Positions 51,599 through 62,017 of a stretch of 64,000 nt of DNA are shown one piece after another. Position 1 is the stretch's first letter. The number at the start of each line of letters is the position of its first letter. A program made the translations under genes and the position numbers. Location: positions 448,001 through 512,000 of the forward strand of contig CAWAHW010000001.1 in NCBI GenBank assembly GCA_963781885.1, read 5' to 3'. The notes under the pieces are model-generated. The model had not been told where the DNA came from, did not search any database, and was given only the letters and a program-made list of their open reading frames with translations. Source of the DNA: an uncultured Spirochaetota bacterium (lineage in GTDB: Bacteria; Spirochaetota; Spirochaetia; SZUA-6; Fen-1364).

Positions 51599-52638
51599 TG
51601 CATCTCCTTGCGCGTGGAACGCGCGGCGGCCACCAGGGCATCGACATTTGCGGCCGGCGTGCCCGCCGACATTCCCCCTCCCGCGGAAAGCAGAAAGCCG
51701 GGGTGACCCGCATTTCCTTCGATGCACCGACGGGCGTGGCTGCCCACCGCTTCCGCGTCCCCCTTGGCAAGCACCTCCAGGGGCGGCACGTTGCCCATGA
51801 GACACATCTTGTCGCCGACCCTTGCCCGGACCGAGGCGATGCTCTGCAAGTGGGTGAAGTTGAAGACATTCGCGCCCGTCTCTCCGACGAGCTCATAGCA
51901 GACAGGGGAATCGGTGTCATTGTGGAAGACTTTCACGCCCGCCGGCAGCGTGAATATGTCGCGGAGATACGGATGGGCGAACTCGAGGTAGTCATCACGG
52001 GAAAGGAAGCCCACAACGTCGTCGAGCACCATGATGCCGTCACAGTGCGCCAGCGCCTCCGCCTGCGCCGAGAGCCAGTCCTTTGCAAGCTGCGTCGTGG
52101 TGCGCAGGAGCTTGTGCGTCATCTGCGGTTCCGTCTTGAGCCCCGTGAGGAATGCCGTGAGACCGAGCAGGTGGGAGGCCACGGCGAGCGGGCCCCGGGC
52201 GGCCACCATCCTGATGTCCATGCCGGCGTCCTGGATCCGGGGCAGCGCATGCCGGTACTGCGCGAGGACCAGGGGCATCAATCCGTCGCGCCGGGGATTC
52301 GGTTGCTCCAGCCCGCCCACCTCGGAGATGTCCGAGGCGATGTGGTGCACGGAGGGAGGCTGATTCGGGGAGAACTCTATTCGACAGCCGAAGCCCGACG
52401 GCTCGGAGGCCATGCCCGGCTCGACCCAGAAACCGGGGAGGAAGATCACCTCGGGAAAGCGCTTCAGGATGGCGAGGTTTGCGGAGAACCAGACATCGGA
52501 GACGCTGATGTAGTCCACCGTCGATATGCCGAGAAAAGGCGGTATCCACGGCGTATCCACGATCAAGGCGACCGGCGTCTGCGGGAGCCGTTCACCGTGG
52601 ACAGCGCGGACAAGTGTGTGCCACTGATCGTTTCGCAC
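51595..52638 (-). CDS. Uroporphyrinogen decarboxylase/MtaA-CmuA family protein
   Basis: RGPL, LDDVVGFLS..Y.EFAHPY, FHND, LMGNVPP, LSAGGG..GTPAANV. Confidence 0.85.
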   Translation of the reverse strand: MRNDQWHTLVRAVHGERLPQTPVALIVDTPWIPPFLGISTVDYISVSDVWFSANLAILKRFPEVIFLPGFWVEPGMASEPSGFGCRIEFSPNQPPSVHHIASDISEVGGLEQPNPRRDGLMPLVLAQYRHALPRIQDAGMDIRMVAARGPLAVASHLLGLTAFLTGLKTEPQMTHKLLRTTTQLAKDWLSAQAEALAHCDGIMVLDDVVGFLSRDDYLEFAHPYLRDIFTLPAGVKVFHNDTDSPVCYELVGETGANVFNFTHLQSIASVRARVGDKMCLMGNVPPLEVLAKGDAEAVGSHARRCIEGNAGHPGFLLSAGGGMSAGTPAANVDALVAAARSTRKEMQ

Positions 52639-52707
52639 GCGTCCTCCCGTGTATGGAGGAAGGCTGGCACAATCGAGCCCCCGCGTCCAGCGGATACGGC
52701 GCGGGCC

Positions 52708-52739
52708 AAAAAAAGGGATGGGGATCGATCCCCATCCCT
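52708..52739 (-). terminator. Rho-independent terminator of degP
   Basis: AGGGATGGGGATCGATCCCCATCCCT palindrome followed by a U run on the minus strand. Confidence 0.85.
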
Positions 52740-52758
52740 GCCCGGACCTCCGCGGGTC

Positions 52759-54237
52759 CTATCGATCCAGTCCGATGCTCACCTCCGAGCCTTCGCGCTC
52801 GACGGTGAACATCACGGTGCGGCCCGATCCCTCATTCAGTGCCTTGAAGTAGTCCATCATGTTGCGGACCTGCTTGCCGTTCACCGCGGTGATCACGTCG
52901 CCCGGCTTCAGCCCCGCGACCGCGGCCGGCGAGCTCTCATCGGGGACGTAACCCACGACCACGCCGTTGACGCCGGCCGGAATGTTCGCCTGCTGGCGCA
53001 GGTCATCGGTGATGTCGACGGCCGTCATGCCGGGCCAGAGGTTTTTCGCCTGGGCAACCTGGTCCTGGCTGTCACGCACACCGATCGTCACGGGCACGTT
53101 TTTCGTCTCGCCGTAACGGATGAGGGTGAACGTGTAGGTCTTGCCCGCCGCAAGACCGCCGACCGCCTGCGTGAGTGCCTGCGCGTTTGCGATCTCGGTT
53201 CCTTCGACGCTCGTGATGTAGTCGCCGGGAAGGATGCCCGCCTTGTCTGCCGGCGAGCCCTTGTAGGTCTCCATGACGAAGGCGCCCTTCACGTTCGCGA
53301 GCTTCAGGTCCGCGGCGAATCCAGGATAGGTGTCGTTGTCCTGGACGTCGGCGATCTGCGCTCCCAGCCATCCGTAGTCGACCCTGCCTTTTGCGATGAA
53401 GTCCTGGATGGGTTGCCGGGCATTGTTGATGGGGATGGCGAAGCCCAGGCCGATATTGCCGCCCGTGGGACCGGCGATCCAGGTGTTCATTCCGATGACA
53501 TCACCGTTGATGTTCACCAGCGCGCCGCCCGAGTTTCCTTCGTTGATGGCCGCATCGGTCTGGATGTAGTCCGTGTAGCTGGCGATGTCCCCTTGGCCGG
53601 ACCGCCCCAGGGCGCTCACAATGCCCATGGTCACCGTCGATTCGTAGCCGAAGGGGTTTCCGATCGCAAGCACGATGTCGCCGACCTGGACGCCGTTGGA
53701 GTCGCCAAGCGTCGCCACCGGCAAGCTGTCAGCCGTGTCGAACGAGACGAGGGCGACGTCCTTGCGCGGGTCGGTCCCCACCGTGCGCGCCTTGAACACG
53801 CGCTGGTCGCTCAGCTTCACGCTGATGTCGGTCGCGTTCGCCACGACGTGGTTGTTCGTAAGGACGTAGTAGCGGCCGCCGGCGTGCTGGACGATGATGC
53901 CCGAACCGAGCCCCGACTGCCGGAACTGCCTGCCGCCCCCATTGCCATTGCCCTGACCCTGGCCGAAGGGGAAGGCGAAGGGGGAATTCGGTTGCGGGGA
54001 CTGCTGCTGCGTGATCGTCTGGGTGACGTCGATCTCGACGACCGTCGGGAGCACCTTCTGCGATACCGTGCGAAGGGCCGCCTGCAGCGGACCCAGCGTC
54101 GTCGCCAGAGTCGCACCAGAGGGGGTCGGCGATGACTTGGCCTGCGCGAAGGCGCCGACCGGGGAAGAAAGGAACAGAGCCATTCCCAGGACCGCGACCG
54201 CCGCACCCGCTGTCATGGAGTATGTTTTTCGATTCAT
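52759..54237 (-). CDS. degP: HtrA/DegP serine protease with two PDZ domains
   Basis: GSG, LTNNHVV, DVAL, QTDAAINEGNSGG, two PDZ domains. Confidence 0.95.
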   Translation of the reverse strand: MNRKTYSMTAGAAVAVLGMALFLSSPVGAFAQAKSSPTPSGATLATTLGPLQAALRTVSQKVLPTVVEIDVTQTITQQQSPQPNSPFAFPFGQGQGNGNGGGRQFRQSGLGSGIIVQHAGGRYYVLTNNHVVANATDISVKLSDQRVFKARTVGTDPRKDVALVSFDTADSLPVATLGDSNGVQVGDIVLAIGNPFGYESTVTMGIVSALGRSGQGDIASYTDYIQTDAAINEGNSGGALVNINGDVIGMNTWIAGPTGGNIGLGFAIPINNARQPIQDFIAKGRVDYGWLGAQIADVQDNDTYPGFAADLKLANVKGAFVMETYKGSPADKAGILPGDYITSVEGTEIANAQALTQAVGGLAAGKTYTFTLIRYGETKNVPVTIGVRDSQDQVAQAKNLWPGMTAVDITDDLRQQANIPAGVNGVVVGYVPDESSPAAVAGLKPGDVITAVNGKQVRNMMDYFKALNEGSGRTVMFTVEREGSEVSIGLDR

Positions 54238-54323
54238 ATTTGTGACCTCCGCAAGACAAGATAATGCCGGGAGGTTCAGGCCGGGTTATGGATGTGTTAA
54301 GATTTCTTTGAAAGGCGGAGGCG

Positions 54324-54647
54324 ATGCATTTCTACGGCGCATTCAATGAAGGGCTGCGGCATAAGCGCGCGCGGGTGTCCCTCAATTCCCTGACGGGCGA
54401 TCGGATGCAGCTCACGTACGTCCGTCTCGAGCCGGGTGAGTCCACCGACCACGCCCACGACAACGAGCAGATGGGCTACATCCTGAGCGGTGAGGCGGAG
54501 GTCACCATCGACGGCGAGACGCGGACCTGCCGGCCAGGGGACGCCTATTCCGTGCCGGCGAATGTTCCTCATGGCTTCCGCGTCCTGGATCGCCCGGTGG
54601 AATACCTTGAAGCTTTTGCGCCGCCAAAAGGGGAAAACAAGGCGTAG
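54324..54647 (+). CDS. Cupin domain protein
   Basis: HAHDNEQMGYILSG..PGD..VPANVPH. Confidence 0.9.
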   Translation: MHFYGAFNEGLRHKRARVSLNSLTGDRMQLTYVRLEPGESTDHAHDNEQMGYILSGEAEVTIDGETRTCRPGDAYSVPANVPHGFRVLDRPVEYLEAFAPPKGENKA

Positions 54648-54657
54648 GCCGCGGGCA

Positions 54658-54774
54658 GTCCGAAAACGGACACAGGTGTATCATGGGCGGACATCGGCGG
54701 CAAGTCGCGCCATCAGCTAAGAGCACTCATTTCTTTATATAATAAAGACTTGCCGACATGGCACGGTCCATGCT
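54658..54774 (+). promoter_or_regulatory. sigma54 promoter with upstream palindromic enhancer
   Basis: TGGCACGGTCCATGCT at 54759-54774 (GG-N10-GC). GTCCG-AAAA-CGGAC at 54658-54671 plus a second CGGACA half-site. AT-rich spacer. Confidence 0.7.
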
Positions 54775-54800
54775 TATGAAAGCATGGGAATCCCATGGGA

Positions 54801-56065
54801 ATGGACCGCGTCATTACAAAGAGAAAGCTGCCACTCGGCTGGGTCGTCGGGATTGTCGCCGTTGCCGCAGCCATCTCGTTCTTTGTTTATCAGCTCGCCG
54901 TGGTCGACAAGACATCGATCCAGACGACCAGGAAATCCGCCATCAAGCTTTCCACGGCAAAGAAGGGCGACTTCCAGGAGTACTTCCTCGCCAATGGATA
55001 CGTGGCGGCGGGCAAGAGCATTTACATCGATTTGCAGGAAGCGGGAATCGTCAAGACGATCCCCGTCGAGCAGGGAAACATCGTTCCCAAGGGGACGCTG
55101 CTGGTCACGTTTAAAAACGACGAGCTGGAATCAGAGCTGTCGCTCAAGGAAGCATCCCTCAAAAGCGAGATCACCGACCAGCAGACCATCGGGATGCGCC
55201 GGGCAGCAGATGCGGCTTCGCGACCAGGAGCAGCTCCTGGATCTCGACCACCAGATCGACCTTTTGCAAAACGACCTCGATCGCAAGGAGCAGCAGTACA
55301 AGATCGGGGCGATTCCCGAGATCGAGCTCCAGAAGGCGCGCAAGGATCTTGCGTACAGCACCGACAAGCGCGTCCTGCTCCTGCAGGCGAACGAGCTCGA
55401 CCTTGCGCTGCTCGACCAGGAAGCGGCCAGGACCGGCGAAAACATCGACATCATGAGGCTCGACCTGCAGCGCATACGCGACCGCCTTGCCAACCTCACG
55501 ATCGTCGCCCCGGCGTATGGGCAGATCACCGCGCTTGACGCGTCGGTCGGCGAGGCGAAGAACGCCGGTTCGCGCATCGCGAAGCTTGACCTCATGGATA
55601 CCCTGAAGATGAAGGCGAACCTGGAGGAGTTCTACCTGCCGAAGGTGGAGGTCGGAAAGAAAGCTTCCTTCACCTACCTTGCGGCCAACGCGGATGAGGT
55701 TCCCAGCTCCCTGACGCTGTCCTGGATTTCCCCGGACGTGAAAAATAATTCATTCGACGTGGAGTTCAAATTCGACGGCATGCCGCCGAATATCCGCATC
55801 GGGCAGCGCTTCCTCATCCGCGTTGAGCTGGGCAAAGACGCAGGAAGCGGTGATGGTGGAGCAGGGCCAGTTCCTGCAGAGCAGCGGCGGCGCCTGGGTG
55901 TACGTCCTCGATCCGTCAGGGGAGGGCGCCACCCGGCGGGCGATTTCCATCGGCAGGAGCAATCCCGACTATGTCGAGGTGCTGAAAGGGCTCGCGCCCG
56001 GCGAGAAGGTGATCGTCTCCGACTATTCGGAATTCAACGGCCAGGAAAAAATACGCATACGGTAG
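54801..56065 (+). CDS. Efflux periplasmic adaptor (MacA/HlyD-like), frameshifts near 55200 and 55840
   Basis: MDRVITKRK, TM anchor, G.IV.KG, coiled coil, IVAPAYG, VEVLKGLAPGEKVIVSDY. Confidence 0.88.
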
Positions 56066-56075
56066 GAGCACCAAC

Positions 56076-56754
56076 ATGATCAAGACGACGAATCTAAAAA
56101 AGATCTTTCGCACCGACGAGGTGGAAACCTACGCACTCGACGATGTTCTGTCTGGACGTCAAGAAGGGAGAGTTCGTCTCCATCATGGGGCCGTCGGGGT
56201 GCGGGAAATCCACGCTCATGAATCTCCTCGGGCTCCTGGACAATCCGTCGGACGGACACTACTACCTGATGGATGAGGAGGTGTCGCGGTATTCCGAAAG
56301 GAAGCGGGCGGAGATACGCCGCGGCAACATCGGTTTCGTGTTCCAGAGCTTCAACCTGGTCGACGAGCTCACCGTCTATGAAAACATCGAGCTCCCCCTC
56401 CTGTACCTGAAGGAGGCAAAACCGAAACGCAAGGCGCGGATCCAGTTCGTCATGGAAAAGATGAACATCGGGCACCGCGCGAAGCATTTTCCCCAGCAGC
56501 TTTCCGGCGGACAGCAGCAGCGCGTCGCCGTGGCGCGGGCCATCGTCGCAAGCCCCCCGCTCATCCTTGCCGACGAGCCGACGGGAAATCTCGATTCCCG
56601 CAATGGCGAAGAGGTCATGAACATCCTCCTGGACCTCAACCGGGAAGGCACCACCGTCGTCATGGTGACCCACTCGTCGGTGTACGCCGGGTACTCCGGC
56701 CGGGTCGTGTATCTCTACGACGGGAAGATCGTGTCGGAAAACACGGAGGCGTGA
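56076..56754 (+). CDS. ABC ATP-binding protein (frameshift near 56145)
   Basis: FRTDEVETYAL, GPSGCGKS, LSGGQQQRVAVARA, ADEPTGNLD. Confidence 0.92.
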
Positions 56755-56757
56755 GGC

Positions 56758-59220
56758 ATGTTTCGCAACTACGTCATCACTGCCCTGCGCAACATCCGCA
56801 AGAACACGCTCACGTCGCTCATCAGCGTGATCGGATTCTCCATCGGCATCGCCTGCGCGTCGTTCATCCTCCTCTACGTGCAGAACGAGCTGTCGTTCGA
56901 CAGGTTCCTTCCCGGGTACGACCGTATCCAGCGCCTGCTGATCAAGGCCACCACGTCCGACGGCACGGAGCTCCTGACGCCTCTCATGAACATCAGCATC
57001 AGGAATATCCTGCCATTGGATACGGGGGTGGAGAGCTTCACGCAATTCATCGTGAGCGACGCGATCCTGGGGACCGACACCCGCAGCCGCTACGAGGCGA
57101 ACAACTTCTATCTTGCCGACTCCTCATTCCTGAAGGTCTTTGATTATCCACTCGCCATCGGGGACAGGAACACCGCCCTGGAGAAGCCGAACTCGGTGAT
57201 CCTCACCTCCGCCATGGCCAGGAAATACTTCGGAGACGTGAGCCCCCTGGGCAAGGTCCTCACCTTCAAGAACACCATGATGGGCGATACCGCCTATTAC
57301 CTGACCGTGACCGGTGTCTTTGCGGAGATCCCGACGAACACCACCTTCCAGTTCGGGTTCGTCATGAACTGCCCGTTTGAAAAGTACCTTGCAACCATCC
57401 TGGCCTTCTACGAGCAGGTGTACAAGGTCGACGCCCCTGAAGACTACGCCAAAATAGAAGTGCAGACGTACGTGATGCTGAAGCCCGGTGCGTCGCTCCG
57501 CCTTTTCCAGGGCACCCTGCGGAAAGCGATCGAGCGGTTGCCGACGAACGACGCGACATACATCTACAAGAACTACCAGCTTCTGAGCGAGCCCCTTGAC
57601 GGCATCTACCTCCATTCGAAGATCGAATCCCCCAACGAAAAAAAGGGAAACGTCCTGTTCATCCTCCTCCTGATCGGCCTGGGGCTCATTGTCATCGTCA
57701 TCGCGTGCATCAATGTCATCAACCTCACGACGGCACGGGCGCTCACCCGGGAGAAGGAGATCGGCATCAGGAAGACTCTTGGGGCCTCCCGGAGGGAATT
57801 GATCGTCCAGCACCTGGTCGAATCGGTGCTCCTGAGCTTCATCTCCTTCTGGTTTGCCCTGGTGATCGTGGAGGTTTGCCTTCCCCTGTTCAACCAGCTC
57901 GTCCAGCGATCGCTTGAGGTCCATTACCTGCAGAACCCCGCCTACCTGCTTTCCGCGCTCGCCGTCGCGCTCCTCATCGGCATCCTGGCCGGGCTCTACC
58001 CGGCGTTCGGCATTTCTTCCTTTAACGTCATCAGGGCGCTGAAGGGACAGAAGACCCCCGGCTCCCGGCGCTTCCGCGAGATCATGGTCGTCGTCCAATT
58101 CGTCTTCTCCATCGGGTTGTTCATCCTTTCCGCCGTCATCCTGCGGGAGTTCCAGACGCTGAAGAGCACGAGCTCGGGTCTCGATACCAAGGACGTGTAC
58201 ATGATGAGATTGAACGTGCCGGCGGTCGAGAATGAGCTTCCCACCCTCAAGAAATCGGTCCTCGCTCTTCCGGGCGTCACCGATGTCGCCGCATCGTCAT
58301 TTGCGGGGTGGCAATACGGCGGTCTGGTCAAGGATTTCCCGCTCGTCGCGTCGGTCAAGACGCGCCACGTCGACATCATGGTGGTCGACGCGGGCTATCT
58401 CCACATCAATGGCATCCCTGTCGTCAAGGGCAGGGATTTTGACGAAAACGGCGACACGGCGGAAATACTGCAGCTCGTCGTCAACGAGGCGGCGCACCGC
58501 CAACTGGGCCTGGAGATCGGGAGCCTCGTGGAAGAAAATCAGATCAGGGGAAGGGTCGTGGGCATCGCCGGGGACTTCGACTATCTGCCACCCTCCGGCA
58601 GGATGAGGCCGTTGATCCTGACGATCCACTCACCCTTCCTCACGAATACGTCCTACGCGCCGACGCCCATCCACCTCGCCTACCTGCTCGTCAAGATCCG
58701 ACCGGACGCGCAGGCGCAGACGCTGGAAAAAGTCGGCGCCATCTGGAACGATCTCAACCCGAATGCCGCCTTCGAGTGTCAATCGGTGGACAAGGCGATG
58801 CAGGACCAGCTTGACGCCCTGAACCGCTCGTTCGAAGCCGTCCTCGACATCTCCACCTTCCTGGCTTTCCTGCTCTCGGGTCTCGGGCTTTTCGGCCTGG
58901 CGTCGTTCGAGATCGAGCGGCGCACGAAGGAGGTGGGCATCCGCAAGGCCCTCGGGGCGACCTCCGCGCAGATCGCGCTGCAGTTCATCGGCGGTTTCCT
59001 GAAGCTGGTCGCGCTGGCGAACGTCGTGGCGTGGCCGCTGGCCTTCGCGCTGATCCGGCTCGTCTTCACCATGATCCAGTACCCGCATCCCCTGGTGATC
59101 GGGCCGACGATCTTTTTCGAGGTGGGGCTCATCTCGGTGGCCGTCATGGTGGTGACCGTCGGCTCGCAGACCCTGCGCGCCGCGTCGGTGAATCCCGTCA
59201 ATACTTTACGCTATGAATAG
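56758..59220 (+). CDS. Duplicated MacB/FtsX-type ABC permease
   Basis: MFRNYVITALRN, REKEIGIRKTLGA and RTKEVGIRKALGA, NPVNTLRYE. Confidence 0.92.
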   Translation: MFRNYVITALRNIRKNTLTSLISVIGFSIGIACASFILLYVQNELSFDRFLPGYDRIQRLLIKATTSDGTELLTPLMNISIRNILPLDTGVESFTQFIVSDAILGTDTRSRYEANNFYLADSSFLKVFDYPLAIGDRNTALEKPNSVILTSAMARKYFGDVSPLGKVLTFKNTMMGDTAYYLTVTGVFAEIPTNTTFQFGFVMNCPFEKYLATILAFYEQVYKVDAPEDYAKIEVQTYVMLKPGASLRLFQGTLRKAIERLPTNDATYIYKNYQLLSEPLDGIYLHSKIESPNEKKGNVLFILLLIGLGLIVIVIACINVINLTTARALTREKEIGIRKTLGASRRELIVQHLVESVLLSFISFWFALVIVEVCLPLFNQLVQRSLEVHYLQNPAYLLSALAVALLIGILAGLYPAFGISSFNVIRALKGQKTPGSRRFREIMVVVQFVFSIGLFILSAVILREFQTLKSTSSGLDTKDVYMMRLNVPAVENELPTLKKSVLALPGVTDVAASSFAGWQYGGLVKDFPLVASVKTRHVDIMVVDAGYLHINGIPVVKGRDFDENGDTAEILQLVVNEAAHRQLGLEIGSLVEENQIRGRVVGIAGDFDYLPPSGRMRPLILTIHSPFLTNTSYAPTPIHLAYLLVKIRPDAQAQTLEKVGAIWNDLNPNAAFECQSVDKAMQDQLDALNRSFEAVLDISTFLAFLLSGLGLFGLASFEIERRTKEVGIRKALGATSAQIALQFIGGFLKLVALANVVAWPLAFALIRLVFTMIQYPHPLVIGPTIFFEVGLISVAVMVVTVGSQTLRAASVNPVNTLRYE

Positions 59221-60626
59221 CGGGGACTATACTCGGCCCATGCATCGCGCAAAGGTGCTCGCCATTGACGACGATGCGGACGTCCTCCTTGCCCTCGAGC
59301 TGCTCTTGAAGGAAAACGGCCATTCGGTCACGGTCGACACGCATCCGGCGAATATCCCGTCCCTCCTGAAAGCCTGCCCCTATGACGTCGTGTTTCTCGA
59401 CATGAACTTCGCCAAGGAAGCCACCGACGGGAAGGAGGGTCTGCACTGGCTGCGGGAGATCCGCGCGCGGGATCCCGACGCGACGATCGTCCCCCTCACC
59501 GCGTTCGGGGACGTCGATCTTGCCGTGCGCGCCATGAAGGAGGGGGCGGCGGATTTCATCCTGAAGCCCTGGAAGAACGAGAAGCTGCTCGGCACGCTGT
59601 CGATGGTGCTCCAGCTGCGGGAGTCCCGGCGGGAGATCGAGCGCCTGCGATCGCAGCGGAAGCAGCTCGTCGCGGACATGGATCAACAGGTCGGGGACAT
59701 GATCGGAAGGTGCGACGCGATGCAGCGCGTCTTCGCGCTGATCCACAAGGTGGCGGCCACGGACGCCAACGTGCTCGTCATGGGGGAAAACGGCACCGGC
59801 AAGGAGCTCGTCGCGCGGGCGCTCCATCGGCAGTCCCTGCGGGCGGCGCAGGTCTTCATCGGGGTGGACATGGCGTCCATCGTGGACAATCTTTTCGAAA
59901 GCGAATTGTTCGGGCACGTCCGGGGCGCCTTCACGGACGCGCGGGAGAACCGGGTGGGGCGTTTTGAAAGCGCGACGGGCGGCACGCTTTTCCTCGACGA
60001 GATCGGCAACCTGCCGCTCGCAATGCAGGCGAAGCTGCTGCGGGCAATCGAAACGCAGGAGGTCACGCCGGTGGGATCCAACAAGCCGCGGCCGATCGAC
60101 ATCCGTCTCATCTGCGCGACGAACATGCCCGTGCACGAGATGGTGACGGCAAAAGAGTTCCGCCAGGACCTCCTCTACCGCATCAACACGATCGAGATCC
60201 GCCTCCCGCCCCTCCGCGAGAGGCGGGAGGACATCCCCCTCCTGATCGAGCATTTCGCGTCCCAGTATTACCGCAAGTACAAGATATTCCCCAAGAAGAT
60301 GCCTCGACAGACCATCGCCACCCTCCAGGAGTACGACTGGCCCGGGCAATGTCCGGGAGCTGAAGCACGCGCTGGAGCGGGCGATCATCGTGAGCGATTC
60401 CCCGTATCTGTCGCCGCAGGACTTCCTGCTCCCGTCACGGGGCGCGCGGGAGACGGATAGCGGGCGCGCCGGCAGCAGTCTCGAATCCGTGGAAAAAGAG
60501 TGCATCCAGAAGAGCCTGGAAAAGACCGGGGGAAACGTCAGCCGCGCGGCGGACGACCTGGGCATCTCGCGGGCGTCCCTGTACCGGCGGATTGAAAAGT
60601 ATGGTCTTCAGAAACTATCGGGTTAA
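59213..60626 (+). CDS. NtrC-family sigma54-dependent response regulator (frameshift near 60345)
   Basis: IDDD, LDMNF, GENGTGKE, ESELFGH, GAFTDA, FLDEIG, WPGNVREL across the shift, Fis-type HTH. Confidence 0.92.
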
Positions 60627-61947
60627 CCTCATCGCGAGGGTCATCCTCCTGTCGCTCTCCCTGTATCTGTTTTTCTTCGTGCTGCAGAACACGCACTATC
60701 CCGTCACGGTGACCGTCATCGGCGCGCTCTCCCTCGTGCAGTGCGGGCTCCTGGTCCACAGCATCGACAGGAACAACAGGATGTGGGCGCACTTCTTCGC
60801 CGCGATCCGCAGCGCCTCATTCGCCCAGAGCTTCTCATTCCCGGAGGGCGGTTCGTTCGACGACCTGAAAAAAGAGTACGCGCAGGTGATGGACGTGCTG
60901 AAGAAAACCAGCCTCGACAGGGAAAAACAGTCCCACTACATGCGCACCGTCGCGCGGAGCATCGGGGTCGGCGTCTGCGTCGTCGATCAGCACGGCGACA
61001 TCGATTTTGCAAATGAGGCGTGCAAGACGCTTCTGGGGACCGCCTCGCTGCGCACGATCCGGCAGGTGGAGGAGGTGAGCGGGGACCTGCATCGCGCCAT
61101 CAAGGGACTCCCGAATGGCGGCAAGGAGCTGCTGCGCATCAGCGTCGACAGGGAGTCGCTCCACGTGATCGTCGCGGTGACGGACTTCGTCGTGCTGCGG
61201 GAAAAGTACCGGCTGGTGTCCATCCAGAACATACGCCGGGAGCTGGAAGAGAACGAGATGGACGCGTGGCAGAAGCTCGCCCGGGTCCTCACCCACGAGA
61301 TCATGAACTCCATCACGCCCATCTCGTCACTGGCCTCCACCGCCACCGGCATCCTCGCCCGGCGGCCGACCGCGAATGCCGCGCGCGGCGCCGACGGTGA
61401 CAGGTCGCGGGACGTCCTTTCCGCGCTGCAATCGATAGAAAGACGGAGCCAGAGCCTGTTGTCCTTCGTGGAAAAGTACCGCGAGTTCCTGCGGGTCCCC
61501 CTGCCGGTCCTCCGCAGCCAGCCGTGCCGCGACATCCTTGCCCGCGTGAAGACGCTCATGAGCGGCATCCTCGATGAGAAGCGGATCGCCTTCCGCTGCG
61601 CCGTCACGCCGCAGAACCTCGAATTGCTCGCCGACTCCGATTTGATCGAGCAGGTGCTCATCAACGTGATCACGAACTCCATCGAGGCCCTGGGGAAGAC
61701 GAAGAAACCGGCGATAGAAATCACCGCGCGCGTTTCCCACAACAGGCCGGTCATCGAGATCGCCGACAATGGCCACGGCATTGCCCCGGACCTGCTGGAC
61801 AAGATATTCATCCCGTTTTTCACCACGAGGAGCGAGGGCTCGGGAATCGGCCTGAGCCTCTGCCGCCAGATCATGCGGCTGCACAACGGCGCGATCACCG
61901 TGGTGTCGGCGCCGGGACAGCGCACCGTGTTCACCCTTTCGTTCTGA
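60601..61947 (+). CDS. Sensor histidine kinase (PAS)
   Basis: RVLTHEIMNSITP, INVITNS, DNGHG, GSGIGL. Confidence 0.93.
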   Translation: MVFRNYRVNLIARVILLSLSLYLFFFVLQNTHYPVTVTVIGALSLVQCGLLVHSIDRNNRMWAHFFAAIRSASFAQSFSFPEGGSFDDLKKEYAQVMDVLKKTSLDREKQSHYMRTVARSIGVGVCVVDQHGDIDFANEACKTLLGTASLRTIRQVEEVSGDLHRAIKGLPNGGKELLRISVDRESLHVIVAVTDFVVLREKYRLVSIQNIRRELEENEMDAWQKLARVLTHEIMNSITPISSLASTATGILARRPTANAARGADGDRSRDVLSALQSIERRSQSLLSFVEKYREFLRVPLPVLRSQPCRDILARVKTLMSGILDEKRIAFRCAVTPQNLELLADSDLIEQVLINVITNSIEALGKTKKPAIEITARVSHNRPVIEIADNGHGIAPDLLDKIFIPFFTTRSEGSGIGLSLCRQIMRLHNGAITVVSAPGQRTVFTLSF

Positions 61948-61980
61948 GGTTTTTTCCCGGACAGTCCTCACGGAAAGAGT

Positions 61981-62009
61981 TTGCATCGCGGCAGAGTTGA
62001 TCCTATAAT
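61981..62009 (+). promoter_or_regulatory. sigma70 promoter, likely leaderless transcript
   Basis: TTGCAT-17 nt-TATAAT with the ATG 8 nt downstream and no SD. Confidence 0.6.
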
Positions 62010-62017
62010 CGCTTCCC

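Noticed and set aside
51310-54135. 941-aa plus-strand ORF
   Set aside because: Antisense shadow of degP and the URO-D-like gene caused by high-GC codon bias. No recognisable motifs.
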